Sequence record: SRR20825006_2477
Reading direction: 5' to 3' (one strand)
DNA length: 51,806 bases
Part shown: piece by piece, positions 27,522 to 39,117 of the stretch
How the letters are laid out: every line of letters starts with the position of its first letter
Position numbering within the stretch: position 1 is the stretch's first letter
Program-made: the position numbers and the translations under genes
The notes under the pieces: model-generated
The model's input: only the letters and a program-made list of their open reading frames with translations
The model's database searches: none
Told to the model about the DNA's origin: nothing

Positions 27522-28886
27522 TTAAGAACCGTAACCCGGGTTATTATCTCCAATTAGATCATTGGTGTCCATTTCATTTTGCGGAATAGGTAATACCAAA
27601 CTAGGATCGTTATACGGCAAGCCGTCTACGTCATTTTGTGTGCGTTTTAAATCGTGAAGCAAGAAACCTTCAAAAGCCAATTCTAGTTGACGCTCTAAAA
27701 GAATATCTTCTTGTGTTAATGGTGCACTAACAGTTTCGGCACCTGCTCTTAAACGCAATAAGTTTACATCTTCTGCAGGAGTTTGTCCTACCGCAGTATT
27801 CTCTATAATGTTACCTTCAGCACGAATTAAGTACATTTCAGCAAGTCTGAATATGGCGATGTTAGCAAACTGATTGGTGTATTTTCCGGTCAGGTTATCA
27901 CCATAATCACCTATGTAAGTAAAGTTTGCACGCTCATCATCAGCATCTGGAAATAGCGCAAAATACGCCGGATTTAACACGATGTCACCACCACGACCAC
28001 CATTGTCTTGAGAAGCATAAAAGGTGATTAGGTCACTATCTCCTGTTTGATTGGTTACTTGAAAGTCAAATAGATCTTCAGAAGAATCAGCGTCGTTGTT
28101 GAATGCGTCAGCAAAGCTTCCGGTGAGTGAAGCTCCGCTGTTTTCAATAACATCATTGGCAGCATCTCTGGCAGCGGCATAATTTTGCATTTGTAGATAG
28201 ACTCTTGCGCGTAACGCCTGAGCAGCGTATCTATCAGCAAATATGTCATTTGATGCAGGTAAATTGGTATAGGCATCTTCTAGATCGCTTAAAACTTGCG
28301 CATAAATTTCTTCTACACTAGCGCGTTCTGCAGGCAAGGGTTGAGAATAATCTTCGTAGCCAATTAAACGCAAAGGAACACCAGGCTGACTGTTTGTAGT
28401 TCCTGCTTCGTAAGGCAATCCCCAAAGTCTTACCAATTCAAAATAGCTCATCGCTCTTAAGAATTTTGCTTCGCCTTCTATTTGGGCACGATACGCATCA
28501 CTACTGGTGATCACGTCTAGATTATCGATTATCAGATTGGTTTGATTGATGGTTTCGTAATTATTAAACCACGTGTCACGCACAAAAGTATTGTCTACTA
28601 AAAGACTCTTTTGAATCAATTGGCGCGGCGCAAGAAAGGTTCCAAACCAGCTAATCTGGTCAGAAGCTCCAAGCAAATCTGCCATTATCTGTATATCTCC
28701 ACCAAAACTTACACCTTGACCTGCTTCTTCATAAACTCCTAATAAAAGAGCGGCTATATTTTGTTCAGAATTTAAGGCTTGAGATCCGTCAATGCTTTGT
28801 TCGGGATCAATTTCGAGATTGTCATCGCAGCTAAACGTAAAAACTGCGATAAACATTAATATTGAAAATTTATATAAATTATTCAT
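27522..28886 (-). CDS. SusD/RagB family lipoprotein
   Basis: Lipobox TFSC-DD; GEAKFLRAMSYFELVR.WG, RLAEMYLIRAE, ERQLELAFEG, LPIPQNE. Confidence 0.93.
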   Translation of the reverse strand: MNNLYKFSILMFIAVFTFSCDDNLEIDPEQSIDGSQALNSEQNIAALLLGVYEEAGQGVSFGGDIQIMADLLGASDQISWFGTFLAPRQLIQKSLLVDNTFVRDTWFNNYETINQTNLIIDNLDVITSSDAYRAQIEGEAKFLRAMSYFELVRLWGLPYEAGTTNSQPGVPLRLIGYEDYSQPLPAERASVEEIYAQVLSDLEDAYTNLPASNDIFADRYAAQALRARVYLQMQNYAAARDAANDVIENSGASLTGSFADAFNNDADSSEDLFDFQVTNQTGDSDLITFYASQDNGGRGGDIVLNPAYFALFPDADDERANFTYIGDYGDNLTGKYTNQFANIAIFRLAEMYLIRAEGNIIENTAVGQTPAEDVNLLRLRAGAETVSAPLTQEDILLERQLELAFEGFLLHDLKRTQNDVDGLPYNDPSLVLPIPQNEMDTNDLIGDNNPGYGS

Positions 28887-28896
28887 AGTCTGTTTT

Positions 28897-31800
28897 TTAA
28901 AATTTCACGTTAAGTCCTACAGAAAATGTTCTTGCCGGCGGTACCGAGTAAAAAGCTTGGCCTACACCACCTGCATCGCTTCGTGCTTCAGGATCGTAAC
29001 CTTCATAATCTGTGATGGTCAATAAATTAACGCCGGTAACATAAACGCGTATTTTGGTAAATCCGTAACGTTCTATCACTTCATTCGGAATGGTATATCC
29101 TAAGGTAGCATTACGTAATCTGATAAAATCATTTTCATCTAAATATCGGGTAGATTGTGCAGTTCCGTTTCCGCCAAATAAACGTGCTTGCGGAACATCT
29201 GTTATATCACCCGGTTGCTGCCATCTGTCTGTATATTGGTCCAGCGTTTGGTTGTCAAAATAATCTGCACTGGCTGATTGAAAACGACCACCACCGTTAT
29301 AAATAGCCGAACCAAATTCTCCTTGAAATGTAAATGATAAATCTACATTCATAAAGTTGATGGTGTTGGTGATACCTCCATACCATTCAGGAAACGGATT
29401 GCCCACAACCACACGATTTGCCTCGTTAGGGTTATTAGTAGTTTCTCTGTTTAAACTTCCGTCTTCGTTGGTGCTGTTGATGTAGTATAAGCCATCTCCA
29501 TTGTCAGGATCTACACCTGCGTACTCGTACATATAAAATGCATTTACGGGTTCTCCTACACGCTGAATGTTTTGACCGCTTACAATATCATTGTTGTTAT
29601 TAGGTAATGAAAGGATCTCGTTTTTGTTGTATGCAGCATTAAAACTTGTGCTCCACTGAAAACCTTCGGTCTGAATGATATCTGCATTCAATACAAATTC
29701 AAAACCTTTATTTTCAAGTTCGCCAATATTGCTACTGATGCTCGAAGCTCCAGAACTAGGGATCAGAGGAACGTTAAATAATAGCCCGTCAGTATTTTTG
29801 TGATAGTAGTCTACCTCTCCTGAAATTCTTCCATTTAAAAAGCCAAATTCGATACCGAAGTCAGTTTGAGTGGTGGTTTCCCAAGTTAAATCTGGATTAC
29901 CCGGTTGGCTTAATGAAATACCGGGACGCTGGTTATACGAAATCGCACCAAATAAATATCTAGAAGGGAAATTACCAATATCTGCGTTACCGGTTTTACC
30001 CCAGCTACCGCGTAGTTTTAAGTAAGATAAGGTTTGTGAGTCTTGCAAAAAGCTTTCTTCAGAAATCACCCATCCTGCAGAAAAAGCAGGGAATACTCCG
30101 TAGCGCTCGTTTGCGCCAAATCTAGAGGAGCCATCGCGTCTAATACTAGCCTTCAATAGGTATTTATTAGCGTAGTCATAAGTAGCTCGCGCAAATAAAG
30201 AAAAGAACGCGTTTGCCGAGCGGTTACCGCTACCAGCAACAATATCTGCCCCGCCGTCTACGGTTTGAAAATCATCAGATGGAAACTGGTTTGCAGTAAC
30301 ACTCTCATATCTTCGGGTTGTTTCATTAAGTTCTGTACCGGCAACAAGCCCTAACGTATGTAAATCTCCCAATTGCTTATCATAGCTCAAAAATCCTGAT
30401 ACAATGTAGTTTTCAGCATTTACACTGCTCGCAAATACTTCGCCATTGGTTGATTGAAATGGTGCATTTCTACCGGTAAAGTTATCTTCGGTCTGGTAAT
30501 AAAGATCGTAAGCAAAGTTTCCGTTAATCTTTAAGCCGTCTAAAATCTCGTAATCACCAAAAGTACGGCCATTTACTCTGCGTATAATGGTGTTGTAAAA
30601 TGCATTTTCTTCTTGAAGTAAGAAGTTAGGATAAATCGTGTTTGCATTAGGAGTACCATCTTCATTATACGCCGGTGAAATATGCGGTTGTGCAATGGCC
30701 TGAAGCGGTGTCACAAAAGCATTGTCATTGGCGATACGATCAATATCGGTACGCGAATAGCTCAAGTTCATACCTATATTAAAACGATCGCTAAACTTAT
30801 GAGTGATATTGGTACGACCATTAAAGCGTCTTAATTCGTTTCCGCGAACAATACCTCTGGTTTCATTTAAAGATCCTGAGAAGAAATACGAAGTTTTCGC
30901 ATTTCCGCCGCTCATTGAGAAATCGGCATCAGATACATAACCATTTTGAAAAGCAAGATCTTGCCAATCTGTATCAACGGCACCATTTCTCCAATCAGTG
31001 CCCGCAGCTAGAAAGTCAAAAGTACCTTCAATGTAGTCAATAGCAGAAGCTTCATCAGCAAAAGAAGTTCCTACTGCATTGATAGCAGCCTCTGTGAATA
31101 ACTCAATATATTGTGCTGAGCTTAACCAATCTCTCGTGTTTGTAGGTTCGCTTAAACCGTGGCTCAAATTCACCGAAAATTCAGCTTTACCTTCTTTACC
31201 GGTTTTAGTGGTGATGATTACAACACCGTTTGCTCCTCGTGAACCATAAATCGCAGCAGAAGAAGCATCCTTTAAAATTTCGATAGACTCAATTTCATTA
31301 GGGCTAATCGATAATAAGGGGTTGGTAGGAGCGCCGTTGTTGGACTCGTTAGCATTGTATAGCGGGATCCCGTCTAATACATAAAGAGGTTGTGTTCCGG
31401 CTGAAATACTGGTAGCACCTCTAACGCGTATATTTAAACCACCTTCAACTTTACCGTTAGTTTGAGTGATTTGTACACCGGCAGCTTTACCTACTAAAGC
31501 ACTCTGGAAGTTAGAAACCGGAACTTCATCAATGTCTTCAGCACTAAGCTTAACAATGTTGTCTGTTAAAGTACGCTTGCTCTGAGTACCATATCCTACC
31601 ACAAGTACTTCGTCTAGTTCATCTGTGCTAGCTGCCATCGTAACATTGTAGGTTGAGGTAGCCGTGATGATCACTTGTTGATTTTGAAAGCCTAAATAGG
31701 AAAAAACAAGGGTTTCACCTTCTGCAGCACTAATGGAATAATTTCCATCAAAATCGGTTTGTGTTCCGGTCGTGGTGCCTTGAATGGTGATGTTTACGCC

Positions 31801-31923
31801 AGGTAAGGGTAAGCCCTGATCGTCGGTTACGGTACCTGAAACTGTTTTGGACTGAGCAAAAGAAAAGTAGCAGGTAAGCATCATTAAGATGCTAAAAGAA
31901 AATAGTAATTTTCTATTCTTCAT
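28897..31923 (-). CDS. SusC/RagA family TonB-dependent transporter
   Basis: VSGTVTD, LDEVLVVGYG, IEILKDASSAAIYGSRGANGVVIITTK, RRDGSSRFG, NPDLTWETT, terminal Phe. Confidence 0.96.
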   Translation of the reverse strand: MKNRKLLFSFSILMMLTCYFSFAQSKTVSGTVTDDQGLPLPGVNITIQGTTTGTQTDFDGNYSISAAEGETLVFSYLGFQNQQVIITATSTYNVTMAASTDELDEVLVVGYGTQSKRTLTDNIVKLSAEDIDEVPVSNFQSALVGKAAGVQITQTNGKVEGGLNIRVRGATSISAGTQPLYVLDGIPLYNANESNNGAPTNPLLSISPNEIESIEILKDASSAAIYGSRGANGVVIITTKTGKEGKAEFSVNLSHGLSEPTNTRDWLSSAQYIELFTEAAINAVGTSFADEASAIDYIEGTFDFLAAGTDWRNGAVDTDWQDLAFQNGYVSDADFSMSGGNAKTSYFFSGSLNETRGIVRGNELRRFNGRTNITHKFSDRFNIGMNLSYSRTDIDRIANDNAFVTPLQAIAQPHISPAYNEDGTPNANTIYPNFLLQEENAFYNTIIRRVNGRTFGDYEILDGLKINGNFAYDLYYQTEDNFTGRNAPFQSTNGEVFASSVNAENYIVSGFLSYDKQLGDLHTLGLVAGTELNETTRRYESVTANQFPSDDFQTVDGGADIVAGSGNRSANAFFSLFARATYDYANKYLLKASIRRDGSSRFGANERYGVFPAFSAGWVISEESFLQDSQTLSYLKLRGSWGKTGNADIGNFPSRYLFGAISYNQRPGISLSQPGNPDLTWETTTQTDFGIEFGFLNGRISGEVDYYHKNTDGLLFNVPLIPSSGASSISSNIGELENKGFEFVLNADIIQTEGFQWSTSFNAAYNKNEILSLPNNNNDIVSGQNIQRVGEPVNAFYMYEYAGVDPDNGDGLYYINSTNEDGSLNRETTNNPNEANRVVVGNPFPEWYGGITNTINFMNVDLSFTFQGEFGSAIYNGGGRFQSASADYFDNQTLDQYTDRWQQPGDITDVPQARLFGGNGTAQSTRYLDENDFIRLRNATLGYTIPNEVIERYGFTKIRVYVTGVNLLTITDYEGYDPEARSDAGGVGQAFYSVPPARTFSVGLNVKF

Positions 31924-32271
31924 ATTAAAGGGTTTAAGATTATAATTTCGCGTACCAAGCCTAAAAATGAAGTGAAAACTTTTAGGGGAGGAGTGAAATT
32001 GTCATTATGCGATGCTAAAATATTATAATAAGCCCCTTAAAAACGTTAAATTAGGTTAATTTAACACAGAATGCGTCAGTTTGAAATATTGTGAGAATTT
32101 GGAAATTTGCGAAAGTCTGAATTTTTATAATGGTTTGAAACCTTAAAATGAAAATTTGGTAAAAATAGATGGTTGTTATTTACTTTATAGCAAGTAGATT
32201 TTGCCGAAAACGTTAACTGTTAAAATAGCAATGTTTTTTGTGGTAAATTATGCTTCAATGGGTGTAAGGAA

Positions 32272-33252
32272 CTATTCCCCGTAATTTTGTAGTCGGATGT
32301 TCTCTGTCTCTTCAGCAGTTTTAAAAACGTCCCAGTTTTTGCCCTGTGTGCGGCGTGCGCCTAAAATATTGGCAAATTGACCCGCCTTGATGGGGTCGTC
32401 ATATTTTGCAAAACCATAGGCTAAGCCACCGGCAAAACTATCTCCACAGCCTGTAGTATCTACAACTTTGTCAACTTTAACCGAAGCGATCCAGTCTTTT
32501 TTGAGTTGGTTGTCCTGCAGAGAATAAAGAATGCATCCTCTGGAATCCATAGTGACGTAGAAATACGACACACCTTTTTTCAAAACGTGTTTGGCAAGAT
32601 CGTCGAGATGTTCTGTTGCGTTCTCGTCATAGATTGAAGGGATCTCGTGCTCATACTCATTGGCAAAAGACATGCACTGCGATTCTTCTAAATTCATTTT
32701 TAGAACATCAATATAGGGCAGCCATTCGTCACGATCTACCCAAAATTTGCGATGCCGATGCCCTTTGACATCCATTGCGGTGGTTGCTCCGTGCGCATCA
32801 AACACGATCGTTGCATCGCTGTGTTTTTTTATATGTTTTAAGGTGCTGAGGCTGATTTCAAAATCAGTGATTGGCACAAAAACGAAAACCGCCGCATCCA
32901 GATGTTTTTTAATATGTTTCGGGCGTATGGGATTCATACACGCCAATTGTTTTTCTTCCCGATTATTTTGGTCTTTAAAATCAAGAAGAATCACGGTGCC
33001 GCTGTCTTCTTTGGTATTGATTCCGCTGAGATCAATATTTTTAAAAGGAGCAAATTCCGCGGTGATTCCTGCTTCGTCTTTTTTATGCATATTACTTACA
33101 GGCACAACGACACCTTCAGCATCTAACAGTTTAGCCAACGCAATTACAGGGTGTGTAACACAACCGTAGCGCATAATTATATCGTTTTCGTAAGTCGAAA
33201 TCGTATCTCTGGGAATAGGTCCGGCGACAACTATTTTTAGCGGATTTGCCAT
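32272..33252 (-). CDS. PfkB/ribokinase family carbohydrate kinase
   Basis: PfkB signature VDTTGCGDSFAGG; KMNLEE. Confidence 0.88.
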   Translation of the reverse strand: MANPLKIVVAGPIPRDTISTYENDIIMRYGCVTHPVIALAKLLDAEGVVVPVSNMHKKDEAGITAEFAPFKNIDLSGINTKEDSGTVILLDFKDQNNREEKQLACMNPIRPKHIKKHLDAAVFVFVPITDFEISLSTLKHIKKHSDATIVFDAHGATTAMDVKGHRHRKFWVDRDEWLPYIDVLKMNLEESQCMSFANEYEHEIPSIYDENATEHLDDLAKHVLKKGVSYFYVTMDSRGCILYSLQDNQLKKDWIASVKVDKVVDTTGCGDSFAGGLAYGFAKYDDPIKAGQFANILGARRTQGKNWDVFKTAEETENIRLQNYGE

Positions 33253-33258
33253 AAGCTT

Positions 33259-33960
33259 TTAATCTTGTAGTGCGAATACTTTTTTAAGCAGCGTAGTGGT
33301 GCGGGCAGAAAAATCAGTTCTTATTTCTTTTTCTTCTACAGCGATCATCGTATAAACCCCTTTTAAAGCTTCTTGTGTGACATAATCGGTAAGGTCAGGA
33401 TTTACGTCATTCGTTAAGGGTAATGCATTATATTTAGTGATGAGATTACTCCAGATTTGATCTGCACCTACTTTTCTGAAAGATGATTTGATCACAGGAT
33501 TAAACTTATCATACAGTTGCGTGCTAGTTTTGTTTTGTAAATATGTGGTCGCCGAATCATCAGCTCCTAGAAGTATTGTTTTTGCATCGGCAAAAGTGAT
33601 GCCCTTTACCGCGTCAACAAAAATGGGGGTCGCTTCACTCACGGCATCTTCAGCGGCGCGATTAAGAACTTTTAAACCTTCATCGGCAAGACTGCTAAGA
33701 CCCACATTTCTCAAGGTTTGATCCACTTTTTGCAATTCTTCCGGGAGTAGGATCTTTACTAAGCTATTTCCGTAGAAACCGTCTTTTTGGGTGAGCTTGG
33801 TCACTTGTTTTTCAATACCAAAATCTAAAGCTTGACGCAAACCACTGGCGATGGTGGCATTGTCAATACCCGTTTGATTGGGTAGATTATCAACTACAGA
33901 TTGTAATTCGGCACAACTGCTCAATATTAATATCGAAAGTAGAGCAACTAGTTTTTTCAT
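33259..33960 (-). CDS. DUF4197 family lipoprotein
   Basis: Lipobox LSSC; GLRQAL..G, VKILLP, LNRAAEDA, AVEEKEIR. Confidence 0.8.
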   Translation of the reverse strand: MKKLVALLSILILSSCAELQSVVDNLPNQTGIDNATIASGLRQALDFGIEKQVTKLTQKDGFYGNSLVKILLPEELQKVDQTLRNVGLSSLADEGLKVLNRAAEDAVSEATPIFVDAVKGITFADAKTILLGADDSATTYLQNKTSTQLYDKFNPVIKSSFRKVGADQIWSNLITKYNALPLTNDVNPDLTDYVTQEALKGVYTMIAVEEKEIRTDFSARTTTLLKKVFALQD

Positions 33961-34002
33961 AGTGTTAAGTTAGGCTATTCTTGAAGATTTAAAAAATGTG
34001 CT

Positions 34003-34857
34003 TTAGGAGAAAATCACTGTTTTATTACCAAATACTAGTACTTTATGTTCCACATGCGCTTTGATGGCTCGAGCTAAAACAATCTTTTCTAGGTCCCTTC
34101 CTTTCAGAATAAAATCCTGAACAGAATGCACGTGAGACACACGTACGATCTCTTGCTCGATAATAGGCCCTTCATCAAGATCTGCCGTCACGTAATGGCT
34201 CGTCGCACCTATGATCTTTACCCCGCGTTCAAAAGCAGCATGATAAGGTTTAGCGCCAATAAACGCCGGTAAAAACGAATGATGAATATTGATGATCTTG
34301 TTTTTAAACTGTGCGACAAATTCATCAGAAATGATTTGCATATACCGCGCAAGTACGATCAAATCGATTTTGTGCTCTTTAATCGCTGCGATTTGTTCTG
34401 CTTCAGCTGCTGCCTTTGTTGCTTTGGTCACCGCAATATGTTTAAACGGAATTTCAAAACGCTTGGCTACGATTTCAAGATCAGGATGGTTACTGATGAT
34501 CAGCGGGATTTCAACAGGTAATTCACCCGAAGCATAACGCCCGAGTAGATCATATAAACAATGATCGTATTTAGATACAAAAAGCGCTAAGCGTGGTTTG
34601 TAATACGCATCAAAAAGTTGATAGGTCAATTGATAATCATCTACAAATTGCGCAATAAACTGCATTTCAAAATCGGCAATGCTAAATTCTTCTTGATCAA
34701 ATTCACTTTCAACACGCATAAAGAAAATGCCTTCTTGGCGATCAACGTGCTGGTCGAGATAAACGATATTTCCTTGACGTTCAAGAATAAACTGCGTGAT
34801 GGTAGTCACGATACCTTTGCGATCCGGACAATTGATTAAAAGTGTAATTTTCTGCAT
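34003..34857 (-). CDS. purU: Formyltetrahydrofolate deformylase
   Basis: N-terminal ACT domain (CPDRKGIV), VSK..HCL.DLL, LARYMQI, INIHHSFLPAF.GAKPY, LDEGPII.Q. Confidence 0.95.
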   Translation of the reverse strand: MQKITLLINCPDRKGIVTTITQFILERQGNIVYLDQHVDRQEGIFFMRVESEFDQEEFSIADFEMQFIAQFVDDYQLTYQLFDAYYKPRLALFVSKYDHCLYDLLGRYASGELPVEIPLIISNHPDLEIVAKRFEIPFKHIAVTKATKAAAEAEQIAAIKEHKIDLIVLARYMQIISDEFVAQFKNKIINIHHSFLPAFIGAKPYHAAFERGVKIIGATSHYVTADLDEGPIIEQEIVRVSHVHSVQDFILKGRDLEKIVLARAIKAHVEHKVLVFGNKTVIFS

Positions 34858-35021
34858 AATTTGAAAACTTGGTTAGTTGATTTTCAACGTACAACTTGTA
34901 GATTAACGCAACGCTAAGCTAGAAAATAAACCTTCAAATTATAATATTAATAACACAAAATAATTATCAATTAATTAGTAATTATTTAAATTAGTGGTCT
35001 TAAAAAAGCAAAAAATTACGA

Positions 35022-38000
35022 ATGAATCAAATTCAGCCTTATATCCCTAAACATAAAGTACGTATTGTAACCGCAGCTTCTCTTTTTGATGGGCACGATG
35101 CTGCAATAAATATTATGCGACGCATTATTCAAGCAACGGGGGTTGAGGTGATACACCTTGGTCACGACCGAAGTGTAGAAGAGGTTGTGAATACTGCAAT
35201 TCAAGAGGATGTTCAGGCGATAGCGATGACTTCGTATCAAGGCGGTCATACCGAATATTTTAAATATATGTATGATTTGCTTCAGGAAAAAGGAGCAGGG
35301 CATATCAAGATTTTTGGCGGTGGAGGCGGAGTAATTCTTCCGGAAGAAATTGAAGAATTAATGGATTACGGGATTACGCGTATTTATGCGCCAGACGATG
35401 GGCGTGAGATGGGATTGCAAGGAATGATCAACGATCTTGTTGAAAAAGCAGATTTTGCTCCATCCGCTGAAGCTTTGCCGCAAACTGAAAAAATTCAAAA
35501 CGCGCTTCAGGAAAAGAACGTGAATGTTTTAGCCCGACTCATCTCCATGGCTGAAAATAATCACGACGTATTTCTAGAGAAATTCAAAGAGGCTGAAGCG
35601 ATTTCTAGTGTTCCGGTATTGGGAATTACAGGAACCGGCGGTGCGGGAAAATCTTCGCTGGTAGACGAACTCGTAAGAAGATTTTTAAATGATTTTCCTG
35701 ATAAAAATCTTGGGATTATTTCGGTAGATCCTTCAAAACGTAAAACTGGCGGAGCGCTTTTAGGCGATCGTATTCGTATGAACGCGATCAATTCGCCACG
35801 TGTATATATGCGCTCGCTGGCGACTCGACAAAGTAATTTGGCACTTTCTAAACACGTGCAAGAAGCCGTTGATGTGTTGAAAGCAGCTCAATATGATCTC
35901 ATCATTCTAGAAACCAGCGGAATCGGCCAGAGCGATACCGAAATTCTTGAGCACAGCGATGTGTCTTTGTATGTGATGACTCCGGAATTTGGTGCGGCCA
36001 CCCAGCTTGAAAAAATCGATATGCTTGATTTTGCTGATCTGGTTTCCATAAATAAGTTCGACAAACGCGGGGCTCAGGACGCATTGCGTGATGTGAAAAA
36101 GCAATATATGCGCAACCATCAGTTGTGGGAGGTTGATCAAAAAGACTTGCCGGTTTATGGAACTATCGCTTCGCAGTTTAATGATCCCGGAATGAATAAA
36201 TTGTATTCTGAAATCATCAAAACACTTAATGCCAAAACCGAAGCGAATTTTGAAAGTACCTTCAGCGCTACCGATGAGTTGTCTGAGAAGATCTTTGTGA
36301 TTCCGCCGGCGCGCACCCGATATCTTTCTGAGATCGCTGAAAATAATCGCGGTTATGATGATACCGCAGCTACTCAGGCTGAAGTTGCACAAAAACTCTA
36401 CGGGATTTTTAAAACCTTAGATACGGTAACCGGCGAGTTGCCTGAACTTGACAAAACCGGACTAATCCTAGACGACGCTGCAGAAGATCAGGATTTAGCA
36501 AAACTCCTTCTAACTGAATTTGATAAAGTGAAAATGAACCTGGATCCCTATAATTGGGAAGTGATCTTAGGTTGGCAAGATAAAGTGAATCGCTATAAAG
36601 ATCCTGTATACACGTTTAAAGTTCGTGATAAGGAAATCAAGATAGAAACGCATTCAGAATCTTTGTCGCACAGTCAGATTCCTAAAGTGGCGTTGCCAAA
36701 ATATCAAGCCTGGGGTGATATTTTAAAATGGGTGTTGCAAGAAAATGTGCCGGGAGAATTTCCGTATACGGCAGGATTGTATCCGTTTAAACGTACGGGA
36801 GAAGATCCTACCCGAATGTTTGCGGGAGAAGGCGGCCCGGAACGTACCAACCGTCGTTTTCATTACGTAAGTATGGGCTTGCCTGCAAAGCGGCTTTCTA
36901 CCGCTTTTGACAGTGTCACGCTTTATGGAAACGACCCTGATCATCGCCCAGATATTTATGGAAAGATCGGAAATGCGGGTGTTTCTATCTGCTGTCTTGA
37001 TGACGCAAAAAAACTGTATTCAGGTTTTGACTTGGCAAACCCGATGACTTCGGTAAGTATGACCATTAACGGCCCGGCACCAATGTTACTTGGCTTTTTT
37101 ATGAATGCAGCCGTTGATCAGGCGTGTGAAAAATACATCACGGAGAACAATTTAGAAGACGAAGTCGAGCAAACCATTCAGTCGATTTATAAGGAAAATA
37201 GATTAGACCGACCGGTTTACAATGGCGAACTTCCCGAAGGAAATAATGGCTTGGGCTTGATGTTACTTGGCGTTACCGGAGATCAGGTTTTACCGGCGGA
37301 TGTCTATTCAAAAATTAAAGAGGAAACGATTAAGCAAGTGCGTGGTACCGTTCAGGCCGATATTCTGAAGGAAGACCAAGCGCAAAACACCTGTATTTTT
37401 TCGACTGAATTTGCACTGCGTCTTATGGGTGACGTGCAGGAGTATTTTATTGAGAATCAGGTGCGCAATTTTTATTCGGTTTCTATTTCAGGATATCATA
37501 TTGCTGAAGCAGGCGCCAATCCTATTACACAACTCGCGTTTACCTTAGCAAATGGGTTTACCTATGTGGAGTACTATCTCAGCCGTGGCATGGACATCAA
37601 TAAATTTGGTCCTAACCTGTCGTTTTTCTTCAGTAATGGTATTGATCCTGAATATGCCGTGATCGGTCGCGTGGCCCGTAGAATATGGTCAAAAGCGTTA
37701 AAGCATAAATACGGAGCCAATCCGAGAGCTCAAATGCTGAAGTATCACATACAAACTTCAGGAAGATCTTTACACGCGCAGGAAATTGATTTTAATGACA
37801 TACGTACGACGCTTCAGGCGCTGTATGCGATTTACGATAATTGCAATTCACTGCATACTAACGCCTACGACGAAGCGATCACCACGCCAACTGAAGAAAG
37901 CGTGCGTAGAGCGATGGCGATTCAGTTAATAATTAATAAAGAATTAGGTTTAGCTAAAAACGAAAATCCTATTCAGGGGGCATTTATTATTGAAGAACTT

Positions 38001-38441
38001 ACAGATTTAGTAGAGGAAGCTGTCTTGACTGAATTTGACCGACTGACTGAACGTGGCGGCGTGCTAGGTGCTATGGAAACCATGTATCAACGCAGTAAAA
38101 TACAGGAAGAAAGCTTGTATTATGAGACGCTGAAACACAACGGAGATTTCCCGATCATTGGGGTTAATACGTTTTTGAGTAGTAAAGGTTCGCCAACGGT
38201 AAAACCTGCCGAAGTCATCAGAGCAACAGAAGCAGAGAAGCAAGCACAGATCAATACGTTGACAAAGCTTCATAAAGCCTACGAAGATCAGGCGGAAAAT
38301 GCCTTGCGTAAAGTACAAGAGGCGGCGATCAATAACGACAATATTTTTGAGCAACTTATGGAAGCGACAAAAATCTGTTCGCTCGGTCAAATTACCGCAG
38401 CACTTTTTAAAGTTGGAGGTCAGTACAGACGAAATATGTAA
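35022..38441 (+). CDS. icmF: Fused isobutyryl-CoA mutase (B12-binding - MeaI GTPase - mutase barrel)
   Basis: [14 protein letters not shown]12 domain, P-loop [16 protein letters not shown] (Phe at the specificity position), [16 protein letters not shown]; 1139 aa. Confidence 0.88.
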   Translation: MNQIQPYIPKHKVRIVTAASLFDGHDAAINIMRRIIQATGVEVIHLGHDRSVEEVVNTAIQEDVQAIAMTSYQGGHTEYFKYMYDLLQEKGAGHIKIFGGGGGVILPEEIEELMDYGITRIYAPDDGREMGLQGMINDLVEKADFAPSAEALPQTEKIQNALQEKNVNVLARLISMAENNHDVFLEKFKEAEAISSVPVLGITGTGGAGKSSLVDELVRRFLNDFPDKNLGIISVDPSKRKTGGALLGDRIRMNAINSPRVYMRSLATRQSNLALSKHVQEAVDVLKAAQYDLIILETSGIGQSDTEILEHSDVSLYVMTPEFGAATQLEKIDMLDFADLVSINKFDKRGAQDALRDVKKQYMRNHQLWEVDQKDLPVYGTIASQFNDPGMNKLYSEIIKTLNAKTEANFESTFSATDELSEKIFVIPPARTRYLSEIAENNRGYDDTAATQAEVAQKLYGIFKTLDTVTGELPELDKTGLILDDAAEDQDLAKLLLTEFDKVKMNLDPYNWEVILGWQDKVNRYKDPVYTFKVRDKEIKIETHSESLSHSQIPKVALPKYQAWGDILKWVLQENVPGEFPYTAGLYPFKRTGEDPTRMFAGEGGPERTNRRFHYVSMGLPAKRLSTAFDSVTLYGNDPDHRPDIYGKIGNAGVSICCLDDAKKLYSGFDLANPMTSVSMTINGPAPMLLGFFMNAAVDQACEKYITENNLEDEVEQTIQSIYKENRLDRPVYNGELPEGNNGLGLMLLGVTGDQVLPADVYSKIKEETIKQVRGTVQADILKEDQAQNTCIFSTEFALRLMGDVQEYFIENQVRNFYSVSISGYHIAEAGANPITQLAFTLANGFTYVEYYLSRGMDINKFGPNLSFFFSNGIDPEYAVIGRVARRIWSKALKHKYGANPRAQMLKYHIQTSGRSLHAQEIDFNDIRTTLQALYAIYDNCNSLHTNAYDEAITTPTEESVRRAMAIQLIINKELGLAKNENPIQGAFIIEELTDLVEEAVLTEFDRLTERGGVLGAMETMYQRSKIQEESLYYETLKHNGDFPIIGVNTFLSSKGSPTVKPAEVIRATEAEKQAQINTLTKLHKAYEDQAENALRKVQEAAINNDNIFEQLMEATKICSLGQITAALFKVGGQYRRNM

Positions 38442-38464
38442 GAAAGAAGCAACGCTATAATATT

Positions 38465-38492
38465 AAAAAAGCCCTTTTAAAGGGCTTTTTTT
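38465..38492. terminator. Bidirectional terminator after icmF
   Basis: AAAAAAGCCC-ttttaaa-GGGCTTTTTTT. Confidence 0.85.
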
Positions 38493-38589
38493 GGCACCGC
38501 CAAAAGGTTAAATACACCTAGGCTTGCCTCGGGTTCGAAAATTCGTTTCTATCCAAAACTAAAGGAATTACCGAGGTAGCTTACTGTTT

Positions 38590-39117
38590 TCAATCTTCAA
38601 AATCAAGATCATCAGGATCAAAGGGTAAATCGTCGTCGGGATCAGGATCGTTATAATTGATTCCCGGCGGATTAAACAGTCCCCAGCGGTCTATCATATA
38701 ATTCCACGGGTCAAAAGTCTTTACCCATTCTGCAAATAAAATCCTGAAGTCTTCAATCTCATTGCGAAGTAAGTTGAGGTATTCGGTTTCTTTAAAACCG
38801 AACATTTCCAGGCCGGTCATATGCGTGGCGAGATCGCGTGCACATTTGCGAATGATGGTGGCCTTTTCCATCTTAATGTCATAAAGGTCACAATGATAAG
38901 CTCCAGCAATCTTTGAAGGAATGATTGATGCATCTTCACGTATAAACAAGGCTTGACTACGCAAAATCTCTTGTTCATTTTTGTCTTTTGAGTCAATCTC
39001 ATAAGACGCTGCAATCTCTGCAATACGATTAGCCAACTTTAAAATTTCGGTTGCTTTTTTAAAGAGTTCGCTGTCTTGATAATCATTTTGCGAATTAAAA
39101 TCGTCTTCTGATGGCAT
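38590..39117 (-). CDS. Hypothetical four-helix-bundle-like protein with acidic tail
   Basis: 175 aa; LFKKA.EI, IREDASIIPSKIAGA, LLRNEIE.FR.LF.EW; colinear with 39209-39592. Confidence 0.72.
   Translation of the reverse strand: MPSEDDFNSQNDYQDSELFKKATEILKLANRIAEIAASYEIDSKDKNEQEILRSQALFIREDASIIPSKIAGAYHCDLYDIKMEKATIIRKCARDLATHMTGLEMFGFKETEYLNLLRNEIEDFRILFAEWVKTFDPWNYMIDRWGLFNPPGINYNDPDPDDDLPFDPDDLDFED

Noticed and set aside
31924-32271. 348-nt intergenic region upstream of susC as possible riboswitch/sRNA or invertible promoter
   Set aside because: AT-rich with no recognisable riboswitch core, strong hairpin or flanking inverted repeats.
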